Origin: Scenedesmus sp. PABB004 | Lineage: Eukaryota | DNA length: 64,000 nucleotides | Assembly (NCBI GenBank): GCA_014905635.1 | Contig: JABVCE010000038.1 | Coordinates: forward strand, 62,001-126,000 | Reading direction: 5' to 3' | Shown: positions 45,701 to 55,986 of the stretch, one piece after another | Layout of the letters: every line of letters starts with the position of its first letter | Numbering within the stretch: the first letter of the stretch is position 1 | Notes under the pieces: model-generated | The model's input: only the letters and a program-made list of their open reading frames with translations | Database searches by the model: none | Told to the model about the DNA's origin: nothing | Translations under genes and position numbers: made by a program

Positions 45701-45890
45701 GGCGCCGGCGGCGGCGCGGCAGCGGCGGCAGCGGGTGTGCAGCGGCGCGCGCCGCGGCCGCCGCCCGCTGCGGCGCGCCGGCGGGGGCCGCACCTGGCCA
45801 CGCCTGCTGGCTGGGCCAGCAGCCCGCCCGCTGCGCCTGCAGCGCGCGGAGGAGCAGCCCGGCGCCGCGCGGCGCCCGGCCGCCCGCCAT
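39748..45890 (-). CDS. AFG1/ZapE-like ATPase (mitochondrial) with a 3.25 kb intron
   Basis: Exons 45794-45890, 45367-45560 and 45155-45258 encode a presequence and GPAALYAAGIASGTYRPDPLQQ. From 41908 down: GLYMYGGVGCGKT, RTHFHDFM, LALDELFVTDVADA, ATSNRAPDSLYEGGLQR, DYR, YRFVTLIDVLYE and FAKDRAISRLTEMQS. Confidence 0.9.
42105..42109 (-). terminator. TGTAA poly(A) signal for the nested minus-strand gene(s)
   Basis: ttaca on the plus strand, ~200 nt after the stop at 42310. Confidence 0.6.
42310..42705 (-). CDS. Small (~79 aa) single-TM protein of unknown function, two exons, nested in the AFG1 intron
   Basis: Exons 42586-42705 and 42310-42429 with a phase-0 GT-AG intron give MPPGPRTHVRNGPLAACFLFGIAAIGLGPVAYMFLSPTSR|VDANKTLPAHTSMRGAYINSGSKDAGPD...*. 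Confidence 0.72.
   Translation of the reverse strand: MPPGPRTHVRNGPLAACFLFGIAAIGLGPVAYMFLSPTSRVRGRLQHALRRTRPVAARRHARARRRAPGSSAARRQPHTRRRRPNASPAARQVDANKTLPAHTSMRGAYINSGSKDAGPDRPLTEIHRGGR
43204..43537 (-). CDS. TOM5: Plant-type mitochondrial import receptor subunit TOM5, nested in the AFG1 intron
   Basis: Exons 43415-43537 and 43204-43281 give EKLKDDIFDEYSHPAKFEANCK|VLRAFAVFAAGIIIARNFGEALFVS*. This resembles the recalled plant TOM5 pattern EKMK...N.KLLRA..FAGG...R.YG. Confidence 0.8.
43538..43952. promoter_or_regulatory. Putative bidirectional promoter between TOM5 and the O-acetyltransferase, inside the AFG1 intron
   Basis: Head-to-head ATGs separated by 415 bp. Confidence 0.5.
43953..45045 (+). 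CDS. Maltose/galactoside O-acetyltransferase (Mac domain plus hexapeptide repeats), nested antisense in the AFG1 intron
   Basis: SEKEKMLAGELY, IEPPFYCDYGYNIHIG, LFGPNVQVYAATHP and PITIGDDVWVGGAVVICPGVTIG...VVAGNPAR. Confidence 0.93.
45119..45123 (+). terminator. TGTAA poly(A) signal of the O-acetyltransferase
   Basis: Lies 74 nt after the stop in an A/C-rich 3' UTR. Confidence 0.7.
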
Positions 45891-46240
45891 CGCTGCCGCC
45901 GCCGCTGCCGCTCCGGCCGGGCGCGGTCGCGCTGCCCGGCCGCGCCGAGTGCCGGGCCAGCTGGTCTCGAGGAGGCGTCGGGCTCAGCGCGCCCGCAGCG
46001 ACGACGCGGCAGCAGCGGCAGCAGCAGCAGCAGCAGGCCGAAAACCCCCGGGACGGCGCTGAGTCGCGTGTGTGCTGGGATGTGCGCGTGGTCAGCGAGC
46101 GCGTGGAGGCTCCTGCTTCGTCGCGTGCTGGCAGCAGTGCCGGTCCAGCTCCCCGAGCTTGCAGTCGCTTTCAGGAGCCGCTCGCGCGCCCCGCCGGCAC
46201 CTTTTCGTCCACCCCGCGCCACACAGCAACTCACGCCGCC

Positions 46241-49200
46241 ATGAGCGTCGCCAGCATGCAGGCCAAGGTGCCCGCGCCGGCGCGCGGCGCCCTCCGCGAG
46301 CCCGCGGCGGCGCCGGGGCGCCGCATTCTGATCCCCCCGCGCCGCCCCCGCGAGCGCAGGGCCTGAGCAAGAGCGGGGTGGCGGTCGGCCGCGGCCCGCG
46401 GCGCAGCAGGCTGGTGCGTGGGGCATGGCCGGCGCGGGCGATGGGCCTGGAAGCTTCGGAGCGCTCACGCATTGGCCCGCCCGCAGGTGGTGGCCGCCAG
46501 CGACGCAAAGGAGATCGTTTTCGACAGCGACAGCCGCCGCCGGCTGCAGAGGGGCATCAACAAGGTCGCGGACGCCGTCTCGGTCACGCTGGGTCCCCGC
46601 GGTGCGCGCCGGGCGCCCCCCGCGCCGCCCGCGCCCGCCCAGGGGACGCGCTGAGCCGGCCGCCGCGCCCCGCAGGCCGCAACGTGGTGCTGGAGCAGAA
46701 GTTTGGCGTGCCGCAGGTGCGGACGCGCGCAGCGGCGGCGCTGCTGCCGGCGGCCGCCGCCCGCGCCGGCGCGGCCGGGCCCGCGCGGCGCGGCGCGGCG
46801 GTCGCGACGCGCGGGGGGCGCCCCGGCCGCTGTCCTCGCGGCCCGCGGCGCGGGCAGGCTGCGGCGGCAGGCCGCCGGCGGCGCGCAGCTGCTGCTGTGG
46901 TGGCGGCTGCCGCATGCGCATGCACGCGCAGCGCTCGAGCCCGCCGCGCTCACGCCGTCCCCGCGCCCGCGCGCAGGTCATCAACGATGGCGTGTCCATC
47001 GCGCGCGCGATCGAGCTGGCCGACCCGGTGGAGAACGCCGGCGCGCAGCTCATCAAGGAGGTGCGGCCGGCCGCGCGCTGGCGGCAGCCGGGGCGAGCCG
47101 GGCGAGCCGCGGGCGAGCCGCGGGCGAGCCGCGGGCGAGCCGGGGGAGCAGCGGCAGCGGTGGCAGCGGCAGCAGCGGCGGCGGCGGCGGCTGGCGGCGG
47201 CCTGCCCGCCTGCAGCACCGACACGCCCCGCGCCGCCCGCGCGCCCCCTCCCGCAGGTGGCCGGCCGCACCAACGACAGCGCCGGCGACGGCACCACCAC
47301 CGCGAGCGTGCTGGCGCGTGAGATGATCCACTTTGGCCTGCAGGTGCGTGCGCCAGCGGCCGCGCGCGCGCCGCCGGCTGGCGGCGGCGGCGCTGGGGGC
47401 TGGGAGGCGCCGCCGCGCGGGCAGCGGCCGGCGCGGTCGCAGCAGGCGGCAGCGCTAGCAGCGCCGGCGGACGGCTCACGCCGCCGCCGCCGCCGCGGCC
47501 GTCGCGCGTGTGTGGCGCAGGTCGTGACGGCGGGCGCCAACCCCATCGCGGTGAAGAAGGGCATCGACAAGACCCAGGAGTACCTGGTCGGCAAGCTGCG
47601 CGAGAACGCCAAGCCCGTCAACGGCCGCCAGGACATCCGGGTGCGCCGCGCGCCGCACGCTCTCCCTCTATCTCTCTCTCACGCGCGCGCGCGCCGCCGC
47701 CGCCGGCGCCCGGCCGTCGCGCACGCACCACAGTGCGCGCGCACGCAGCGCGCGTGCGCGACGCGCCCGCGCGCCGCCGTGCCCTGCTCACGTGCCGCCG
47801 CCGCCGCCGCCGCGCGGGACGTCCGCCGCACACACACCACCGCCAGAACATCGCGTCCATCTCTGCCGGCAACGACGACAGCGTGGGCGACATGATCGCC
47901 GACGCGCTGGACAAGGTCGGCAGCAACGGCGTGCTGTCGATCGAGTCGTCCAACTCGATCGAGACCTTTGTCGAGGTGAGAGGGAGGGAGGGAGAGGCAG
48001 AGGGAGGGAGAGGGAGAGGGAGAGGGCAGGGAGGGGCGGGCAGGGGAGGCGCATCGTCCGCGGCGAGCGGGCGCGCAGGCCCGCCGCGCTGCCCGCTGCG
48101 CCGCCCCTCGCCGCGCGTCCTGCGCGCCCGCCAAGCACACGCCGCGCGCCCTGCGCCCCCCTCAACCCCAGGTGACTGAGGGCATGGAGATTGACCGCGG
48201 CTACATCTCGCCCCAGTTTGTGACCAACAGCGAGCGGCTGCTGGTTGAGTATGATGGCGCGCGCGTGCTGGTGACGGACCAGAAGATCGAGAGCGTGCGC
48301 GACATCGTGCCCATCCTGGAGCAGGTGCGGGGCGCTGGGCGGTGTGGGCGGTGTGTGTGTGGGTGTGTGTGGAGAGGGGGGGGGGGGGCGGCTTGGCTGG
48401 CGGCGCAGCAGCTGCGGCGAGGCTGGCGCCGACGGCGCGCGCCCGCGCGCCGTGCGGCGCAGGTCACGCGCCTCAACGCGCCGCTGCTGATCATCGCCGA
48501 GGACGTCACGGGTGCGGCGGCGGCGCGCGGCGCCGCCTCGCCCCGCCCCGCCTCGCCCTGCCCCCCCCCCCCCCCCCCGCCGCGCTTCTTCTCTGACCGC
48601 GTCCGCGGCCGCGCCGCGCCGCCTCCGCCCTCCGCCCGGCGTCCGCCCGCGCGCGCGTCCCAGGCGAGGCGCTGGCGACGCTCGTGGTGAACAAGCTGCG
48701 CGGCATCCTCAACGTCGTGGCCATCAAGGCGCCCGGCTTTGGCGAGCGCCGCAAGGCGCTGCTGCAGGACATCGCCATCGTCACGGGCGCGGAGTTTATC
48801 GCCAAGGACCTCGGCATGAAGGTGGGCGGGCGATCGGGGTTTAGAGGGCGGCCGCGGGGTTCAGCGGGGCAGGGGGTCAGGGGGGCGGCGGCGCCGCGGG
48901 CGGTGGGGAGGGGCGGGGGACCTCGAGAGGGCGGCCGTGGGACACTGCAGCCGCGCGCGCCGACGCACGCCGACACTCGCCCGTGCCGCGTCCGCCGGGG
49001 CCGCGTGCCCGCAGGTCGACGCGACCGTGGTGGAGCAGCTCGGTGTCGCGCGCAAGGTCGCGGTCGCGAGCACGAGCACCACGCTCATCGCCGACGCGGC
49101 GAGCAAGGACGAGATTGACATGCGCATCGCGCAGCTCAAGAAGGAGCTGGCAGAGACCGACAGCGTCTACGACACCGGTGCGAGAGGGGGGGGGGGTGTT

Positions 49201-50583
49201 GGCGGGCGGGCGGCCTGCGGGGCGCGGCCGGGCGGGGCGCTCAGGCGGCCGGTCAGGAGGGTGTGGCTGCCGCCGGCGCGCGCGGCGCGGCGGGGTGCCC
49301 CGCCGCCGCTCGCCGCCGCCCGCGCGCGCCCGCCGCGGACGCTGCCGCTGAACGCTGCCGCCGGGCGCTGCCGCGCAGAGAAGCTGAGCGAGCGCATTGC
49401 CAAGCTCTCTGGCGGCGTCGCGGTCATCAAGGTCGGCGCCGCGACCGAGGCGGAGCTGGAGGACCGCAAGCTGCGCATTGAGGACGCGAAGAACGCGACC
49501 TTTGCCGCCGTGGAGGAGGTGCGCGGACGGGCGTGTGCGTGTGGGCGTGCGTGTGTGGGTGTGTGGGGAGGGAGGGGGAGCAGCGGAGGGAGGGCGGGCG
49601 GCGGAGGGAGGGCGGGCGGGGACGGCGGGCGTGGGGCGGCGCCGACGGCGGCGGCCGCCGCCCGCTCGCGCCCACACCGTCGCCGTCGCCGCCGCGCGCG
49701 CGATGCGCGCAGGGCATCGTGCCCGGCGGCGGCGCGGCGCTGCTGCACCTGAGCGAGCTCGTGCCCGCGTTCAAGGACACCCTGTCCGACCCGGAGGAGA
49801 AGCTGGGCGCGGAGATCGTGATGAAGGCGCTGCGCGCGCCGGCGCGCATCATCGCCGAGAACGCGGGTGCGGCGGCGCGCGGCGGCGGCCGCGCCGCGCG
49901 GGCGGGGCGCGCCGCGCGCCGCACGCCACCGCCCACGCCCACGCGCGCGCGTGACACGCGCCGCCGCGCGCCGCCGCCGCCGCTGCCGCGCGCGCATGAC
50001 GCCAGGCGTGGAGGGCGAGGTGATCATCCAGAAGGTCCTGGGCCAGCCCTTCACGCACGGCTACAACGCGATGTCCGACAAGGTCTGCGACCTGCTGGAG
50101 CAGGTGCGCGCGGTTGTGGCGGGGAGAGCGGCGGCGGCGGCGGCGGCGCCGGAAGGCCGCGCGCCGGGGGGCCGCCGGGGCGGCGGGGCGGGCTGGCGCG
50201 GGGCTGGCGCGGCGCGGCGAGCGCCGCGGCCGCCTCTTGACGCGCGCCCCTCCCCGCCTGCCGCCGGCGGCACGCGCAGGGCGTGATCGACCCCGCCAAG
50301 GTCACGCGCAACGGGCTTATGAACGCCTGCAGCATCGCCGGCATCATGCTCACCACGCAGGTGCGGCTGGTTGCGCTGCGCGGTCGCTGCCGCGGGCCGG
50401 GCCGGCCGGGGCCGGGGGCTGCGCGCTGGGCTGGCGAGAGCCTGGCGGGCTGCGCGCTGCGGCCGACCCCGCGGCGGCCGCCGCCGGCCGTCGCCGCCGC
50501 AGGCGGTCATGGTCGAGAAGTTCAAGGCCGAGGCGCCCGGCGGCATGGGCGCCGGCGGCATGCCCGCGGGCATGACGCTGTGA
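46241..50583 (+). CDS. CPN60A: Plastid chaperonin 60 alpha subunit
   Basis: Transit peptide, then [68 protein letters not shown] and [27 protein letters not shown], ending PAGMTL*. About 17 exons. Confidence 0.95.
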
Positions 50584-50929
50584 GCGCGCGGCAGCAGCAG
50601 CGGCAGCTTGGCGGGCGGGCGGGCGCGGCGGCGCGGCGGCGCAGCGCATTGCTGCGCGGCGCCCCTCGACAATAATCAGTCCGCCACCGACTTGGCCGCG
50701 CGGCCTCGGGCGGCGGCGGTGGTAAACCCGCAGCGTGGACACGCCGGCACGCGCGGCGGCCGGGCTCTCGGGCTGCGGGTTCCGCCGCTCGTCCGCCGCC
50801 GCCGCTCGACTCGTCCGCCGCCGCCGCGCCGACCGCGTGCACACGAGCGCACCCGTCTCAAGCTCCCGCGACCGACGACGCGAGCCGCACGGCAGCGCGC
50901 GCCCTCAGCGCCCACCTGCGCGCGCGCTC

Positions 50930-51807
50930 ATGCTCGCCTCGCGCTCGCTCGGCCGCCCCAGCAGCCGCGCAGCAGCCCCGAAGCACGCCACCAGCTCACC
51001 GGCGCGGCACCAGCCGGCTCGTCGCAGCGGCGGCGCAGGGATGGCGGCGGCAGCGCCGGCAGCAGCAGCGGCGCAGCCAATGCCCGACCTGGCGAGCATC
51101 AAGGGCGTGCTGTTCGACATTGACGGCACGCTGGTGCTCAGCGACCCGCTGCACTTCCTGGCGTGAGCGCTCGCGCAATTTGGCGGGCGCGCAGCGTGCG
51201 CCGCCGCCGGCGCCGCCGCCGCGCGGCGCTGCCGCCGCTGACCCCGGCCGCCGCGCCGCCGCGCTGCCGCCGGGCGCAGCTTCCAGGAGATCCTGGTGGA
51301 GGCGGGCTTCCAGGGCGGCGCGCCCATCGACGAGGGCTTCTACCGCGCGCGCATCAGCGGGCGGCACAACCCGGAGATTGCGGCCGACCTGTTCCCCGAC
51401 TGGCCCGAGGCGCAGCGCACCGCGCTGTACGAGGACAAGGAGCAGCGCTTCCGGGACATGGCGGGTGCGGCCGGGGTCGCAGGCAGGGGCCGGCCAGGGG
51501 CCCGCACGAGCGCGGCGGCGGCGGCGGCGGCGGCGGGTTCGTGCGGCCGCCCGACCGCCGCCGCGCCGGCGCCGCGCCGCCGCCCGGCGCCCGCGCGCGC
51601 AGGCAGCAAGCTGCAGCGCATGGAGGGCCTGTCGGAGTTCCTGGCCTGGCTCGACGGCCGCGGGCTGCGCAAGGCCGCGGTGACCAACGCGCCGCGCGCC
51701 AACACGCAGCTCATGCTCCAGGCGCGCCGCGCCGCCTTGCCTGCCTGCGCGCCGGGGCGCGCTCGCCGGGGCGCTCGCGCGGGCCGGCTCGGCGCCGCGC
51801 GCCCACG

Positions 51808-51843
<36 letters not shown>

Positions 51844-52354
51844 CGCCACGTGCGGTCAGGCGCTGGCGCTGGACTCGTACTTTGAGCACGTCGTGCTCGG
51901 CGAGGAGTGCGCGCGCGCCAAGCCCCACCCTGAGCCCTACCTGCACGCCCTGGAGCTGCTCGGCCTCGCGCCGCACGAGGCGCTCGTGGTCGAGGACTCG
52001 CCCTCGGGTGCGGCGGCGCGGCGGCGGCGGCGGTTCGCGGCGGCGGCGCGCGGCGGCTGGGCCGCCCCCGGCGCCCCCGCCGCGACGCGGCGCGCCGCCC
52101 CGACCCGCCGCCCGCGTCCGCGCCCCGCCGCGGCAGGCGTGCGCGCGGCGGTGGCGGCGGGCGTCCCCGTCGTCGGCATCACGAGCGGGCAGGACGCGGC
52201 CGTGCTCGCGGCGGCGGGGTGCTGCATGATCGTCGACGACTGGCGCCCGCTCACGCGCCTTGCGCAGCAGCACTGCGCCGCGGCGGCGGCGGCCAAGCAG
52301 GGCGGCGCCGTGGCGGCGGCGGCGGCGGTGTCGCTGATGGCAGACGGCCGATAA
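50930..52354 (+). CDS. HAD-superfamily sugar phosphatase (Sgpp/CbbY-like)
   Basis: LFDIDGTLVLSDPLH, AAVTNAPR, AKPHPEPY and VVEDSPSG. In-frame ATGs at 50930, 51041 and 51080. Confidence 0.9.
51808..51842. repeat. Poly-C homopolymer (~35 nt) in a HAD gene intron
   Basis: Visible directly. Confidence 0.85.
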
Positions 52355-52984
52355 GGGGGTTGGGCGCGCGGCGGCTTTGCGGCGCAGAGCCCAGGCGGCG
52401 CCGGCGATGGCAACGCAGCCGCGGCCGCGACGGGGCCTCACCTTGGCAGTCAGAGACGCTCAGTTTTGATCAGGCAGGCAGGTAGAGCAGAGGGCACATC
52501 TGGTCGCCCTGTGGCGCCACACTGCCGGCGCTGCCGGGGCTTGACCGCGGCCTGCAGCGCAGCCCCATCCGTCGCGCAACCGCCATGAAGGGCGCCGAGC
52601 CGCACTGGGGCAGCGCCGCGCGCCCAGCCCCCGGCCCGCCCAGCCCGGCACACGCCACGCCCGTCTGGTCGACTCAGGAGGTGCGCGGGGCCGTGGAGCC
52701 ACGCTGCACGCGCCGCGGGGGCGCGCGCGCCGCGGGCGGCCCCGCGCGGGGCCGCTGACCGCGGCATCGTTCGCGCCCGCCGGCAATGCGCGGCCGCCGG
52801 CCACCGCCCGGCGCTGGGGTCCGGGCCCCGCGGCTTCTCTGGGCCTGCATAGTCGGTGAAGGGCCGCATGGGACACGCAGCGGCGGCAAGGCGCCGCACC
52901 GGCGCGCAGCAGCGGCGCGGCGCCAGCTTGGGGCCCCCAGGCCCGCCGCTGCCCGGCCGCCCCCGCCGCGCCGCCCCCGGCGCC

Positions 52985-55789
52985 ATGGAGCTGTCCCACA
53001 CCCGCTACCTCGCCGCGCTCACCCTGCCGCCGCGCGCCGCCCGCGCGCCGCGCCGCCCGCAGCCGCTGTGCAGCGCGGTCGCCGCCAAGCGCCGCCTGCT
53101 GCTCGCGCCGGCGTCGCCGGACGTGGAGCGCGAGGCGCGCCGCCCCCTGGACGACAGCGCGAGCAGCATGGAGGGCCTGGGCGACGGCATCGACGCGCTG
53201 GGGGAGAGCTTTGACGCCGCGTGCTTCGTCCGCCGCCGCCCCGGCGCGCTGCACGCAGGCGCGCCCGACAGCCCCGCCGCTGCGCATGCCGGCGCCCACA
53301 CCAAGGTGGGGCGGCGCACATCGCGCGCGGGCTGCCGCCGGGCTGGTGGCGGCGCGCGCCAGCGACACCGGCGCGCGGCAGCATGGCCTCGCGCGCCGGC
53401 GGGCGGCGCGCGCCATGCATCAGCCCACGCTCGGCCCACCGCCGCCGCCGCCGCTGCGTCGCCGCCACCGCCGCCGCCGCAGGCGAGCGCGCCGCCGCCC
53501 AGCCCCGCGGTCTTCGCCGCCGCGGCCGCCACCTGCAACGGCCGCGCCAGCGCGGACGACACGGGCGGGCACGATACCCCGCGCAAGGGCGCCGCCGAGC
53601 AGGCAGGCGACGAGCCCTGCAAGCCCGCCAGGGGCGACGGCGGCGCGGTGGCCGCCTGGCACCCGGACCAGGCCCAGGAGCAGGCCCAGGAGCAGGCCCA
53701 GGAGCAGCAGGAGATGCAGCAGCAGGGGCAGGAGCAGGAGCAGCGGGAGCAGACCCAGCAGCCGGCACAGGAGGGCGAGGCGGGCGGGGGCGGCGGCGCC
53801 GCAGCGCCGGCGCCGCCCGGCCACGGCGCGAGCGTGTTTTTCGCGCGCGTGCCGCCCACGGTGCCGTACGAGGCCATCCTGGCGCTCTTCGAGACGTTTG
53901 GCGCGGTCAAGAGCCTCAACCTGTTCAGGCCGTGGGCGTCCGCCAAGACGAGCAAGGCGCGCCTGCGGCGCACGCACTCGCCCCTGCCGCGCGCCCTGCG
54001 CGCGCCCCGCGCGCGCGCGCGCGCCCGCGCCTGGGCCGCGCCGCCCACGCGCCCACGTGCCCACGCCGCCGCGCCGTCCGCGCCCGCCGCGTCGTCCGCA
54101 TCCGCAGGGCTGCGGCATCGTGGAGTATGAGGACGCGCCGTCGGCGCTCGCCGCGATGACCGCGCTGCACGCGCAGCACCACTGGACGGGCGGCGAGACG
54201 ACGATGGTCGTCGAGTGGATGGACCCCGCGCGCCACCGCAAGGACCGCGCCGCGGCCGGCGGCGACGGCGACGGTGCGCGCGCGCGCGCGCGGGGCCGAG
54301 GCGGGGGCGCGCACCGCACGCGCCGCGCCGCGCTCGCACGCGCTGTGCGCGCCGCGCCACGCCCACGCGCGCCCGCGTGCGCGCGCGCGCCCCCAGGCCT
54401 GCTGCCCAAGCCCAAGTCCAGGAGCGGGCGCAAGAAGGCGGGCAGGGCCGGCCCTGGCTGCCACCGCTCCTCGAGCGCGCTCAACATCGCCATGGCCCTG
54501 CCCGGCGCGGGCGCGGGCGAGCACCTGCTCGGCGGGCCGCAGTTCCACCACCACGGCCTGGGCGGCTACGCCGGCAGCGGCGGCACGCTGCGGCGCGCGA
54601 GCTACGGCGGCGGCCTGCTGCACCCCCACGTGCACGGCGCGCACGGCACGCGCAGCATGGACGGCTCGGGCCTGGGCGGCGGCGGCGGCGACCTGACGGC
54701 GCACGTGGTGCAGGCGATGCAGCCCAACTGGGTGAGGCGGCGGCGCAGCGCGCTGTGCTGGCGCGCGCGCTGTCCAGCCGCCCCCCGCCCGCCGCGCCCG
54801 CGAGCCGCGCGCCTGCTCTGACGCGCGCGCTCACGGCGCCGCGCCTGCCTGCCGGCCTCCCTCCCCCCGCCGCGCGCGACCCGCAGGGCGTCAGCCCTTT
54901 CCCGCTGGGCGGCACGCTGCCGGGCGCTGCCGGCTGCGCCGCCGCCGGCCTCGACCCGCTGGGCGCCCAGCCCTGGCCCGCGCTGGGGTCGCTGTCCGAG
55001 CCGCTGATGCGCCTCGCCAGCCCCGACAAGGTCGACGCCGCGGCGGCGCAGGCGCTGATGGCGGGGCTGATGCTGCAGCAGCAGCAGCTCAACGCGAGCC
55101 TCGCCAGCGCCGGGGCCTTCAACGACGGCCTGGCCGAGGAGATGGAGCACAAGCTCGCCCTCGGCACGCTCAGCCAGGGCTGCCTGGGCCAGGGCCTGGG
55201 CGGCGTCGACGGGCACGGGGGATGCGACCCCGGCGCGGCCGGTGCTGCCGCGTTCGCCGCGCCCGGCATGTTTGCCTGCGACCTGGGTGGCGGCGGGGCC
55301 GCGTCGCTCGCCTTTGGCGGCGACTGCGGCTGCGCGGCGCACGGCGCTGGCGGCGGCTTCGCGCCGCTCCCGCCGGCTAGCGCTGCCGCGGACTGGCTCG
55401 TGGCCGACGGCGCCGGCTTTGGCGCGCCCGGCGGCCACGGCCACGGCTCGCCGCTGCCACGCATCGGGGTGCGGCCCTCGCTGCGCGGCGAGGGCCCCGC
55501 GTGCTTTGCGCTGGGCGACCCGGACCTGAGCCCCCTGGCGGGGCACGCCGCGCCCACCTACTTCCAGCCCATGTTCACACTGCCCTCACAGGGCAGCGTG
55601 GCCGCCCTTCCGCCCCTGGAGGTGCTGGGGCCCCTGGAGGCGGCTGCCGCGACCGGCGCGCGCGGCCGCGGCGGGCGCGCGAGCGCGTGCTGCCTCTCGG
55701 CGCCGCTGCTCGGCGGCGGCGGCGTGGCCGGCGCAGTCGCCGGCATGGGCGGGCTGCTCACCTCGGACCAACGCTGGGGCAGCCTGTGA
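52985..55789 (+). CDS. RRM-containing RNA-binding protein (CELF/FCA-like RRM) with long low-complexity flanks
   Basis: VFFARVPP...LFETFGAV..LNLFR....SK|GCGIVEY....A..AM.ALH...W.G....MVVEW. Confidence 0.8.
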
Positions 55790-55885
55790 GCCCGCGCGGC
55801 CGGGCGCGCGCGCAGGGCTGACCTGGCGCCAGCATGTTTCTCTCGCTGCAGCCGCGCGCGCGCGTGCGTGCTTGTGTTTTTTTTT

Positions 55886-55986
55886 GGGTGTGGGTGTGTG
55901 TCTGTGTGGTGGTGTGTGCGTGCTTGGGTGTGTGGGTGTGGTGTGTGGGTGTGCTTGGGTGTGTGGGTGTGGTGTGGGTGTGTGTG
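55886..55986. repeat. GT-rich simple repeat in the RRM gene 3' region
   Basis: gggtgtgggtgtgtgtctgtgtggtggtgtg... Confidence 0.75.
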
